This document shows positions 55,638 through 64,000 of a stretch of 64,000 nt of DNA, piece after piece (the stretch's first letter is position 1; the number at the start of each line of letters is the position of its first letter). The DNA comes from Deltaproteobacteria bacterium (lineage in GTDB: Bacteria > Myxococcota > Kuafuiibacteriia > Kuafuiibacteriales > Kuafuiibacteriaceae). Location of the stretch: assembly GCA_040218735.1 (NCBI GenBank), contig JAVJQW010000011.1, positions 96,001 through 160,000 on the forward strand, given 5' to 3'. The notes below the pieces were generated by a model. It did not search any database, was not told where the DNA came from, and saw nothing but the letters and a program-made list of their open reading frames with translations. The translations under genes and the position numbers were made by a program.

Positions 55638-56824
55638 GTCTTCACCATCGCCAGGGCGCCCTCGCGGTCCACGATGCGCCGCTCCAACACCGCGTCGTCG
55701 ACCGCGCGCAGCAGATCCTTGAAGTGCGGACCGGGCGCCATCCCCAACGCCTTGAGATCGGCGCCCGTCAGCATCGGACGCGCCGGCAGCGGGTCCGCCG
55801 CGATCGCCGCGACCGCCGCGTCGAGGCGTCCGAGCGCCGTGGACTCGTTCGCGCTGACGAGGAAGACCCGCAGCCGCGCGACGTCCTCGTCGGCCGCGAT
55901 GCGCACTACGTCCGCGGAATCCGGCGAAGCCGCGTCACGCAACCGCGCCGCCTGCGCGTGCAACGTCATCGCGCCGCGGATCTGATCGCGGGAGAGCTTC
56001 AGCGCGCGCAGGTCGTCCTCGATCGCCGCCGAGTCGACCGACACGAGCGCCCACGCGACGACGTCACGAACGTCCTCGTCGAGCGGTTCACGCGCCGCCG
56101 CGAAACGATCGAACGCCGCGGCGGAGGCGTCACGCACGAACGGCAACACGTGCGGCAGCAGCGTCGTCGACGCCAACATCCGCAGGCCGTCCCCCGGCCG
56201 CACGGAGCGAAAGATCCCCGTGAGCTCCTGGTTGATGCGCTCCGCGCTCACCGTCGAGATGTGCGGCGCGTTCGCGCGGATCGCCGCGAGCGTCGCGTCC
56301 TCGATTTCTAGCCCGAACCGCACCGCGAAGCGCACCGCGCGCAGCATCCGCAGGCGGTCCTCCGCGAAGCGCTGCGCCGGGTCCCCCACCGCACGCACCA
56401 CCCGGCGATCGAGGTCTTCGCGCCCCCCGACGTAGTCGAGGATCTCGTCGGTACGCGGGTCCATGAGCAGGCCGTTGATCGTGAAGTCGCGCCGCTTCAC
56501 GTCCTCGATCTTCGACTGCGAATAGGACACCGCGTCCGGCCGACGGCCGTCGGAGTAGTCGCCGTCCTCCCGGTACGTCGCGACCTCGTACTCCCGATCG
56601 CGCGGCCACAGCACCTTCACCACGCCGAACGCCGCCCCGACCTGCACGGTGCGCCGGAACAGCTTCGACACCTGCTTCGGCGTCGCGTTCGTGACGATGT
56701 CGTAGTCCTTCGGCTCGACGCCGAGGATCGTGTCGCGCACGCACCCGCCCGCGAAGAACGCCTCGTACCCTGCGTCGCGCAGCACCGCGGCCACCTCGTC
56801 GGCGCCGGTCCTCAGGTGGGTCAT
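55634..56824 (-). CDS. cca: Class II CCA tRNA nucleotidyltransferase (no HD domain)
   Basis: GGCVRD..LG..KDYDIVT, EVATYREDGDYSDGRRP (flexible loop present), RRDFTING, EDRLRMLRAVRF. Confidence 0.9.
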   Translation of the reverse strand: MTHLRTGADEVAAVLRDAGYEAFFAGGCVRDTILGVEPKDYDIVTNATPKQVSKLFRRTVQVGAAFGVVKVLWPRDREYEVATYREDGDYSDGRRPDAVSYSQSKIEDVKRRDFTINGLLMDPRTDEILDYVGGREDLDRRVVRAVGDPAQRFAEDRLRMLRAVRFAVRFGLEIEDATLAAIRANAPHISTVSAERINQELTGIFRSVRPGDGLRMLASTTLLPHVLPFVRDASAAAFDRFAAAREPLDEDVRDVVAWALVSVDSAAIEDDLRALKLSRDQIRGAMTLHAQAARLRDAASPDSADVVRIAADEDVARLRVFLVSANESTALGRLDAAVAAIAADPLPARPMLTGADLKALGMAPGPHFKDLLRAVDDAVLERRIVDREGALAMVKT

Positions 56825-58206
56825 CAGCGGCCGTAGACGATCGCCGCCGAGCGCGGCTGGTAGCGGCGACGCAAGACGATCTCGCTGTCGCGCTCCGTGT
56901 ACGTGTCGACGGGGTCGGTCGGATAGAGCGACGTGCTCAACGCCGGCGCGTCGGTGATCGCACGACCGACGACGACGGTCAGACCCGGCGGCGATTCTTC
57001 ACTCCCGCGCGCGGGGATCAGGACACTCGTGCCCGCGCCGTCCACGACCGCGGAGAGCGGGTTCTCGAGGGTGTCGCCGAGGACGTTCGACTGCACGCTC
57101 GGTTTGCCGTCGGTCTCCAGGTAGAGGAACAGCGCGACGACGCGGTCGAGGCGGCCCGTGGTCTCACGCACCGCGATGACCGAGGACAGGCCGTCGGCGT
57201 ACGCGGCGACGTTCCCCGTCGCGTCCCCCCCCTCGTAGGAGATCGCGTTGCCGTTGCCGAGCTCGACCGCGGTCACGCGATTGCTGCCCTGCGAGGTGAA
57301 GTAGACGGTGTCGCCGCCGCCGCGCAGGCCGACCCCGCCCGGCTCCGCGACCACGTTGCGGGCCGAGACGTCCATGTCGCCGACGTCGATGAACAACGTC
57401 CCCGGCTCCTGGTCGATCACGAACACGGCGTCGTCTCCGTCCGCGGCCATCGCGCCGTCGAGGAAGCGCCCACCGACGCCCTGCGCGAAGCGGCCGAGGT
57501 TGGTCCCGGCGTCGACGTCGGCGAAGGAGATCAGGTTGCCGCCGCCGATGACCGCAACCGGGCTGCCCTCGGAGGCGAGCGCGAGCTCCTGCGGGCCGTC
57601 GAGCTGGATGGACGTGAAGCCGTGGTCCGCCAGCGAGATGACCCCGAGGTAGCCGACCGCACCGATCTCGTAGGTGACGAGCATCTGTTTGCCACCCCGC
57701 GCGGAGACCCCGCGCGCCACCGCGCCCGCGGGGAGCTCGTACTTCGACACCAGCGCGCGCGTCACGACGTCGACGACGTAGAGCACACTCTCGGGCGCCG
57801 GCACGCCATCGTTGCGGTCTTCGCCGTTGGCGTAGTGCGCGATGTACGCGAGGTTCCTGTGGAGCGGGAACGACACCGAGACGTCGCCTTCGCCGTCGAG
57901 CCGAAGCCGCTCGCCGTACGCGACGACGTTGCCGACCTCGTCGTAGCCGTACGCGCGCACGTCCACCGTCGCCGACTCCGCCGAGATGCCTTCGAAGGTC
58001 GCGGTGCGCGTGGAGAGATCGAGGTCGCGGATGACGTCGTCACCCGTCGCCGACCCCTCCACCACGACACGCACCGAAGCGAGGTTCGCGGACTCGTACG
58101 GGTTCAGGATCGCGACGGCGGACGTCGTCAGCTCGACCGAGATCGACTTCGTCGACTCCCCGCACGCCGCGAGCGCCAACAGGGTCAACAGCGCGCAGCG
58201 TTTCAT
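56824..58206 (-). CDS. Lipoprotein with Ig-like N-terminus and beta-propeller-like C-terminus
   Basis: Lipobox LAAC; repeated strand pattern (LYVVDVVT, ISFADVDA, LFIDVGD, VTAVELG). Confidence 0.7.
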   Translation of the reverse strand: MKRCALLTLLALAACGESTKSISVELTTSAVAILNPYESANLASVRVVVEGSATGDDVIRDLDLSTRTATFEGISAESATVDVRAYGYDEVGNVVAYGERLRLDGEGDVSVSFPLHRNLAYIAHYANGEDRNDGVPAPESVLYVVDVVTRALVSKYELPAGAVARGVSARGGKQMLVTYEIGAVGYLGVISLADHGFTSIQLDGPQELALASEGSPVAVIGGGNLISFADVDAGTNLGRFAQGVGGRFLDGAMAADGDDAVFVIDQEPGTLFIDVGDMDVSARNVVAEPGGVGLRGGGDTVYFTSQGSNRVTAVELGNGNAISYEGGDATGNVAAYADGLSSVIAVRETTGRLDRVVALFLYLETDGKPSVQSNVLGDTLENPLSAVVDGAGTSVLIPARGSEESPPGLTVVVGRAITDAPALSTSLYPTDPVDTYTERDSEIVLRRRYQPRSAAIVYGR

Positions 58207-59786
58207 TCGGCCGGCCTCACGTAGATCTCGTCGATCCCCACGCTCGCGCCATCCGACAGCGCGGGCAAGAACCGGTAGCGGAACGTCGCCGTCTTCACGG
58301 CGTCCGGGATGGTCACCACGACGCGACCGGCCCGCCAGTCGAGTGTGCTCTGCGAACCGAGCGTCAGCCCGTTGTCACGCCGCGACGTCGGCGGGAAGAC
58401 CGCACGACTGCCGTCGACGAGCGTACCGTCGACCCAGCTCGAGTCCTGGCCACAGTTGGCGCCGCAGAACTGCACGACGACCTCCTGCGGGGCCGTCTCC
58501 CACTGCGCGGGATCCGTGCCCTGCTCCGCGACCTTGAACGTCACGCCGACGTTGAAGCCGACGTAGTCGAACCGCAGCTGCATCGGGCCGGCGGCGGACA
58601 GGTCGATCGCCGGGGACGTCAGCGCCTGCTCCAGATCGAAGAGTTGCGCGCGGTCGTAGTTGCGCGGCGTCGGGTAGCAGCCGTCGTCGCCGAGCGCGAG
58701 GCAGCGGTTGCGGAAGTCCGCGCACTCCGCCGTGCTCATCATCGCCGCCCGACAGTTCGCCGACTCGCCGCAGGAGATGCAGTCGGTGCAGACGTTCGCG
58801 GTGAGGCACATCGTGTCCACGCACATGCCGCACTCCGTCGAGTTGGGGTTCGCGCACGGCCCGCCGCAAGTCGTGTTGCGGCACATCGCCACCGAGGTGT
58901 CGCAGTCCTGGCAGACGGTGCACGCGCGCCCGGCCGCCTGGGCCTCACACGAGACGAGCCGGTCGCCGATCGTGTCGGGCGGCGCGTTCGGGCAGGCGTC
59001 ACACGCCGTGCAGACGCTCGAGCACTCACTCGGCGGGGTCGCCGGGCACGACAACGGCTGCGGCAACGACCACAGCCGGTCCGGCGCGCCCGGGCACGTC
59101 GCGAGGGTGACGTTCTGTCCAGAGGGCGGCGGGTTCGCGAGGCAGTCGAGGCAACACGCGCACGCCTTGCAGGTGAACGACGTGTCCGCCTGTCCCTTCG
59201 GCGAAGCGGCGCGATACCGCAGCCACACGAAGTTGTTCCCGAGCGAAGCGGTGCCGGCGCAGCGCTCGTCACCGAGCGTGCACCCCGCGACACCGAGCGT
59301 CGCGATCTTGGTGAGCGGGTTCGCGATGTTGGGCTCGTTGGGGTCGGCCTGTGGGGCGACGAAGCCGAGCGTGGTGAGGTCGACGAACGTCTCCCCGTCC
59401 CGGATCTCGAAGCTCTCGTAGTGGAAGGCGCAGCGCCCCTCTACGCACTCCTGGCCGGCGCCGCACGCGTTGGTCGGGCAGCCCGTGCGGCAGCGGAGGT
59501 TCTCGCAGATCGGTATCTGCGGCTGAGGGTCGCCGACGTTGACACACGCCTCGTCCAGCTCGTCGCGGTCGATGACGCAGTCCGAGTCCTCGGTGCACGC
59601 GCGCAGGCATCGGCCGTCGAGGCACGTGAGGTTCGAGAAACCTTCGTCGATGCAGTCCTGCGCCGTCTGACACTCGAGCTCGGTGACGACGACCTTCGGC
59701 GCGCACGTCGGGTCGTCCGAGGAACAGCCGAGGAGCCCCGCGGTCAGGAGCGCGGCGAGAGGGACCGCGAATCGCATGGCGTTCAA
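58203..59786 (-). CDS. Cys-rich lipoprotein with MAM/jelly-roll-like domain
   Basis: Lipobox LLGC; dense CxxCxxC motifs; ESFE...LTSPAIDLS...LRFDY...IDEIYV. Confidence 0.75.
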   Translation of the reverse strand: MNAMRFAVPLAALLTAGLLGCSSDDPTCAPKVVVTELECQTAQDCIDEGFSNLTCLDGRCLRACTEDSDCVIDRDELDEACVNVGDPQPQIPICENLRCRTGCPTNACGAGQECVEGRCAFHYESFEIRDGETFVDLTTLGFVAPQADPNEPNIANPLTKIATLGVAGCTLGDERCAGTASLGNNFVWLRYRAASPKGQADTSFTCKACACCLDCLANPPPSGQNVTLATCPGAPDRLWSLPQPLSCPATPPSECSSVCTACDACPNAPPDTIGDRLVSCEAQAAGRACTVCQDCDTSVAMCRNTTCGGPCANPNSTECGMCVDTMCLTANVCTDCISCGESANCRAAMMSTAECADFRNRCLALGDDGCYPTPRNYDRAQLFDLEQALTSPAIDLSAAGPMQLRFDYVGFNVGVTFKVAEQGTDPAQWETAPQEVVVQFCGANCGQDSSWVDGTLVDGSRAVFPPTSRRDNGLTLGSQSTLDWRAGRVVVTIPDAVKTATFRYRFLPALSDGASVGIDEIYVRPAE

Positions 59787-59790
59787 ACTA

Positions 59791-60810
59791 TCACGACGCC
59801 ATGAGGCGGAACACCAGGCGCTCCATGGCCCGCGTGTTGTCCAGCGCGCCGCCCTTGAGGTCGCGGTCGGTCGCGGTGACGGCCGCCAAGCCGCGCGCGA
59901 GGGTCTTCAGATCGTGACGCCGCGCCTGGGACAGCAGGTTGTCCATCACGAACGGGGGGACGCCGACCATCGCCTGGATCTCCCCCCGCGAAACCCCGGC
60001 ATCCAGCGCGGCGCGCGCCTTCGTGAGGTTGCGATAGTGACGTGCGACCAACGCCAGCAGGCGAAGCGGGTGGTCACGGGCGACGCCGAGGATGCCGTGC
60101 AGGCCCTCCAGCACCGCGGCCCGGTTGCCGGTGCCGATCGCGTCCACGAGCTTGAAGATGTTCTCCTCCTTCGTGACCGCGACCACGGCCGCGACGTCGT
60201 CCGCGGTGATCTTGCGCGCAGGCTCGCCGACGTACAGCGACAGCACCTCCAGCGCCTGGCTGGCGGCGCCGACGTCCGTCCCCACCGCGTCCACGATCGC
60301 GCGCACCGCGCGGGCGTCCACGTCGATCTTCATCTTGCGCGCGCGCGCCCGCACGACGTCCGGCATCTCGCGCGCGTTGGGGCTGGAGAAGCGGACGGTG
60401 ACCTTCGCCTTGGCGGCTGCCTTGTACGCTTTGCCGCGTCCGTCGAACTTGTCGGCGACGAACAGCACCGTCGTCGTCGGGCTCGGATCCTTCAGGTAGG
60501 CGAGGAACGCGTCGAGGTTCTTGTCGAAGTCGAGTTTGTCCGCGTGCTGGCAGATCACCAACCGCCGCTGCGCGAACGCCGGGAAGGTCTGCGCGGCGTC
60601 GATCACCCGCGCGATGGAGGCGTCGCGCCCCGAGAACTGGTCGACGTTGAAGTCCCGCGCGTGTGGCGGCACCGCGGCGTCGCGAACGGCGGCGACGAAC
60701 TCGTCGACGAGCACACGCTCTTCGCCGTCGAGCACGTAGACGGGCTGCGGGCCCTGGTCGGCGAGGACCTGGTACGGATCGACCTTCGGCTTCTTCTTCC
60801 GCGGCGGCAT
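59791..60810 (-). CDS. holA: DNA polymerase III delta subunit
   Basis: PVYVLDGEE, DFNVDQF.G, AQTFPAFAQRRLV, AYLKDPSPTTTVLF, ENIFKLVDAI, TDRDLKG. Confidence 0.93.
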   Translation of the reverse strand: MPPRKKKPKVDPYQVLADQGPQPVYVLDGEERVLVDEFVAAVRDAAVPPHARDFNVDQFSGRDASIARVIDAAQTFPAFAQRRLVICQHADKLDFDKNLDAFLAYLKDPSPTTTVLFVADKFDGRGKAYKAAAKAKVTVRFSSPNAREMPDVVRARARKMKIDVDARAVRAIVDAVGTDVGAASQALEVLSLYVGEPARKITADDVAAVVAVTKEENIFKLVDAIGTGNRAAVLEGLHGILGVARDHPLRLLALVARHYRNLTKARAALDAGVSRGEIQAMVGVPPFVMDNLLSQARRHDLKTLARGLAAVTATDRDLKGGALDNTRAMERLVFRLMAS

Positions 60811-61829
60811 CAGAACAGCAGGCCGCGGTAACGTTCGAGGTCCTCGAGGACGATGCCGACGCCGTTCACCACGGCGAGCAGCGGGTCCTCCGCGACGATG
60901 GCCGGGATGCCGGTCTCCTCGCGGAGCACGAGGTCGAGGCCCTTGAGCCCGGCGCCGCCGCCGACGAGGACGAGCCCCCGCTCGGCGAGGTCCGCGGACA
61001 GCTCGGGCGGCGTGCGCTCGAGGACGGAGCGGCACGCCTCGACGATCGCCTGGATGGTGTCGGCGAGGCCTTCGCGGACGTCCTCGCCCGTGATGTTGAT
61101 CGACCGCGGCACCCCGGAGATCAGGTCGCGCCCCTTGAGGTCCATCGCGCCCGAAGGGCTGTCGCGGTGGACGTTGCCGATCTTCATCTTGATCGCCTCG
61201 GCGGTGCGCTCGCCGATCAGGATGTTCGAGCGGCGGCGCACGTACTGGATGATCGCGTCGTCCATCGAGTCGCCCGCGATCTTGAGCGTGCGGTAGGTGA
61301 CGAGGCCGCCGAGGGAGATGACGGCGACGTCCGTCGTGCCGCCGCCGATGTCGATGATCATGCTCCCGCGCGCGTCGAGCACCGGGAGCCCGGCGCCGAC
61401 GGCGGCGGCCATGGGCTGCTCGATGAGGAGCACCTCGCGGACGCCGGCCGAGAGCGCGGCCTCGCGGACCGCCTTGGTCTCGACGTCGGTGATGCCGGCG
61501 GGGATCGAGATGACGAGGCGCGAGCGGATCAGGTGGTTACGCTTGTGCGCCTTGCGGATGAAGTACTTGAGCATCGCCTCGGTGACGGCGAAGTCCGCGA
61601 TGACCCCCTCGCGCATGGGGCGGATCGCGTCGATGTTGCCCGGCGTCTTGCCGAGCATCTCCTTGGCCTCGTGACCGACCGCGACGACCTTCCGGCTGCT
61701 CTTGGCGATGGCGACGACGGAGGGCTCGTCCAGGACGATCCCCCGCCCGCGCATGTGTACGAGCGTATTGGCGGTCCCCAGATCGATCGCGATGTCCTGG
61801 GAGAACATCCCGAGCAGGCCATCGAACAC
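60810..61829 (-). CDS. mreB: Actin-like rod shape-determining protein MreB
   Basis: IAIDLGTANTL, EPSVVA, IRPMREGVIADF, IEQPMAAA, IIDIGGGTTDVAVIS, IGERTAEAIK, LERTPPEL. Confidence 0.95.
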   Translation of the reverse strand: MFDGLLGMFSQDIAIDLGTANTLVHMRGRGIVLDEPSVVAIAKSSRKVVAVGHEAKEMLGKTPGNIDAIRPMREGVIADFAVTEAMLKYFIRKAHKRNHLIRSRLVISIPAGITDVETKAVREAALSAGVREVLLIEQPMAAAVGAGLPVLDARGSMIIDIGGGTTDVAVISLGGLVTYRTLKIAGDSMDDAIIQYVRRRSNILIGERTAEAIKMKIGNVHRDSPSGAMDLKGRDLISGVPRSINITGEDVREGLADTIQAIVEACRSVLERTPPELSADLAERGLVLVGGGAGLKGLDLVLREETGIPAIVAEDPLLAVVNGVGIVLEDLERYRGLLF

Positions 61830-61851
61830 GGCGCGGGGAGTAGCAGGTTTG

Positions 61852-62307
61852 TTACTTGGGATCGAGGCGCTTCTTCACCTCTTTGAGCGCGTCGAGGTTC
61901 TGCACGTGCGCGAGGCTCCCGATGAGGAATTCCTTCGTCGCCTCGTTGAGCTGGGCGACCTCGTCGCGGCCCACACCGACGGCCTCGGCGTACTGGTGGA
62001 TGAGGTCGTCCTCCTCCTGGGCGTACACGCCGTCGGCGAACGCGAGGAGGATGAGGCTCTTGACGTAGAGCGAGCGCAGCTCGGCCGTGGCGAAGAGGTC
62101 CTTGGCCGCGGCGGGGTCGAACTTGCCGCCGGCGAACTCCTCGAGCCGGGGGTCACCGGCGCGCGAGCAGCTGTCGTAGAACTGCCGAATCAGCTGCATC
62201 TCGTTGTCGTGAATGCCGTCGACCTTTGCGAGCGCCATGAGGGCGTGGGTGAGGCACTTGACCTGATCGAAGTCGAGGTCCTGATGGGAGAAGAACTCGG
62301 GGATCAT
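61852..62307 (-). CDS. TerB-like (tellurite resistance) domain protein
   Basis: ALAKVDGIHDNEMQLI ... LLAFADGVYAQEEDDLI (two ADG-x4-E helix pairs). Confidence 0.85.
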   Translation of the reverse strand: MIPEFFSHQDLDFDQVKCLTHALMALAKVDGIHDNEMQLIRQFYDSCSRAGDPRLEEFAGGKFDPAAAKDLFATAELRSLYVKSLILLAFADGVYAQEEDDLIHQYAEAVGVGRDEVAQLNEATKEFLIGSLAHVQNLDALKEVKKRLDPK

Positions 62308-62361
62308 GTTGCGGGTAGCTGTACCCACCGTCCGACCTGGCGACAAGGGGGACGGGTCGCT

Positions 62362-63396
62362 TCAGGGCGAAAGCGGGAAGACGGGGCCCCAGGCGGTGCG
62401 GATCGCGACGGAGACGTTGCCGATTCCCGGCACGGCGACCTGCCCGCGGACCTCCTGATCGCGGCGGAGCTCGAGCGTCCAGGGCTGGGTCGGGTTCGCC
62501 GCTTGCCAGGCCTGCTGCGCGTCGAAGGGGATGTTGTAGCCGCCGTCGTTGAGCGGTGCGCACGTCAGCACGACCTCGCCGTCGGCGTCGGTCGCGACGA
62601 CGGTGATCGGCTGGTCGATCGGCATCGTGTTCCAGGAGATCGGGTTGTTGAGCGTGGTCGTCGAGCCGGGCGCGAGCACCGAGCCCGTGACCTCCGTCGG
62701 CACCGGAACGGGGATCGGCCCCGGTGAAAACGCCCCGCCGCCCGCGCCCGCGACGAACGTGACCGTCGGGTTCTGAGCGGCGGCGAACATGCGGCGCGTG
62801 TACTGCGTCCCCGCCGCGGGTTCGTAGCGCCCGTCCGAGGTGTACTCGAGGTTGATCGTCGCGACGCTCCCGCCCAGCGCGACCTCGACGTGGTCCGTAC
62901 GGATCGGGACCAGCGTCCCTCCGCTCTGGCGGCGCACGACGAGCTCGCAGTCGCCGTCGTTGTTCAGGAAGGTGTCGCTCGTCGTGTCGAACGAGGCCAT
63001 CGACTCGTCGACGAGCTCCGCCGTCACGACGTACTCGGAGCTGTTCGCCCCCGAGGTCTGCTCGCGGATCCACACCGCGCCGCGGGCGCCCGGAACGGAG
63101 GCGTCGGGGAAGCCTGCGTCGCCGACGCCGCCGTCGCGGGGCGTCGACATGTCGCCGCCGTCGCGGTCCATGGTGTTGGTCGACGTCATGGTCCCGCCGT
63201 CCCGCATCGGCAGGCAGCTCCCGGACGGCCCGGCGTCACAGCGGTCCGTCGGCACGAAGGGTTGCTCCGCGACGCACTCGCCGTCGTCGCACTTGAAGCC
63301 CCCACCGCAGTCCGCCCGATTCTCACACTCGCTGGAGCAAGCCGTCGCCCCCGCCAGCATCCCCGCCACGACACAGATCCCGAATACGCGCATCAC
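62362..63396 (-). CDS. Hypothetical lipoprotein with a Cys-rich module and RDGG linker
   Basis: Lipobox ATAC; ECENRADCGGGFKCDDGEC; beta-rich C-terminus. Confidence 0.75.
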   Translation of the reverse strand: MMRVFGICVVAGMLAGATACSSECENRADCGGGFKCDDGECVAEQPFVPTDRCDAGPSGSCLPMRDGGTMTSTNTMDRDGGDMSTPRDGGVGDAGFPDASVPGARGAVWIREQTSGANSSEYVVTAELVDESMASFDTTSDTFLNNDGDCELVVRRQSGGTLVPIRTDHVEVALGGSVATINLEYTSDGRYEPAAGTQYTRRMFAAAQNPTVTFVAGAGGGAFSPGPIPVPVPTEVTGSVLAPGSTTTLNNPISWNTMPIDQPITVVATDADGEVVLTCAPLNDGGYNIPFDAQQAWQAANPTQPWTLELRRDQEVRGQVAVPGIGNVSVAIRTAWGPVFPLSP

Positions 63397-63444
63397 GCCC
63401 GATTATGGCCCCAATCGACCCCGCTGCGTAGAATCGAGCCACGA

Positions 63445-64000
63445 ATGCCGAACTACGCGGACCTGGAACCGATCCCGGAGGCCGAAACGGCGGACCTCAT
63501 GCCCGATCTCGGCCTCGCCGCCGAGTCGGGGACCCTGGACCCGGCCGACCGCATCTACGTCAACCGAACGCTGCGCCTGGACCAGATCCGGCAGGTCGGC
63601 TTCGACATGGACTACACCCTCGCGCCCTACGCGAAGCTCGAGATCGAGAGCCTGTCCTATCGCCTCACCGCGGAGCGCCTCGTGCGCGAGCTCGGCTACC
63701 CCGAGTCGATCCTCGACATCCAGTACGAACCGTCGTTCGTCCTGCGCGGGCTCGTCGTCGACAAACGCCTCGGCAACATCTTCAAGATGGACCGCTACAA
63801 CCACGTTGGCCGCGTCTTCCACGGGCGACGTGAGCTCACGAAGGACGAGCGCCGCAAACACTACCGCAACGTGAAGATCCGCCTGTCGGCGTCGCGGTAC
63901 CACTGGCTCGACACCCTCTTCGCGCTCCCGGAGGCGGCCCTCTACTCCGGCATCATCGAGCACTACGAGCAGGACCTTCAAAAACGCGTCGCGTTCCACA
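63445..64000 (+). CDS. HAD-IG family (cN-II type) 5'-nucleotidase, partial (runs off window end)
   Basis: Manual translation ...RIYVNRTLRLDQIRQVGFDMDYTLAPY...LGYP...RGLVVDKRLGNIFKMD...LDTLFALPE. Confidence 0.93.
   Translation, partial: MPNYADLEPIPEAETADLMPDLGLAAESGTLDPADRIYVNRTLRLDQIRQVGFDMDYTLAPYAKLEIESLSYRLTAERLVRELGYPESILDIQYEPSFVLRGLVVDKRLGNIFKMDRYNHVGRVFHGRRELTKDERRKHYRNVKIRLSASRYHWLDTLFALPEAALYSGIIEHYEQDLQKRVAFH

Noticed and set aside
55634-56824. Split CC-adding/A-adding enzyme or poly(A) polymerase
   Set aside because: The flexible loop and the EDxxR motif are present, consistent with an ordinary CCA-adding enzyme. CCA-less tRNA genes are common.

Overview
A very GC-rich, gene-dense chromosomal window, most likely from a Myxococcota/deltaproteobacterial genome (inferred from MYXO-CTERM-like tails, DUF2330, Cys-rich lipoproteins, Hanks-type kinases and an AgmX/PglI-like C-terminal domain). 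It holds about 52 CDS and three tRNAs: Leu-CAG, Met-CAT and Leu-TAA, none with an encoded CCA. Housekeeping genes include rpsP-khpA-rimM-trmD-rplS, purF, ppa, rseP, lolC/E, mscL, cca, holA and mreB. I found no integrase, transposase, prophage or CRISPR array. Most notable observations: (1) a membrane Ser/Thr kinase (15921-18554) with a WNK-type catalytic lysine relocation (RGAFKTV in the Gly loop, VALA in place of VAxK) and an extracytoplasmic Ser-rich stalk encoded by a ~540-bp imperfect palindrome; (2) a ~215-bp non-coding element directly 3' of tRNA-Leu(CAG), built from GAA/AAA-triloop hairpins with tandem GA mismatches and containing an interrupted copy of the tRNA T-arm; (3) a histidine kinase whose last codons and stop lie on the antisense strand of tRNA-Leu(TAA); (4) several enzyme-fold proteins with altered catalytic residues (SMC/Rad50-like pseudo-ATPase, halogenase fold lacking Lys, TsdA-like cytochrome, MreB E-to-Q, eroded second SPOUT domain on TrmD); (5) an orphan 2xGAF-2xPAS Aer2-like chemoreceptor module. 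All calls come from reading motifs by eye; no database searches or folding programs were run.
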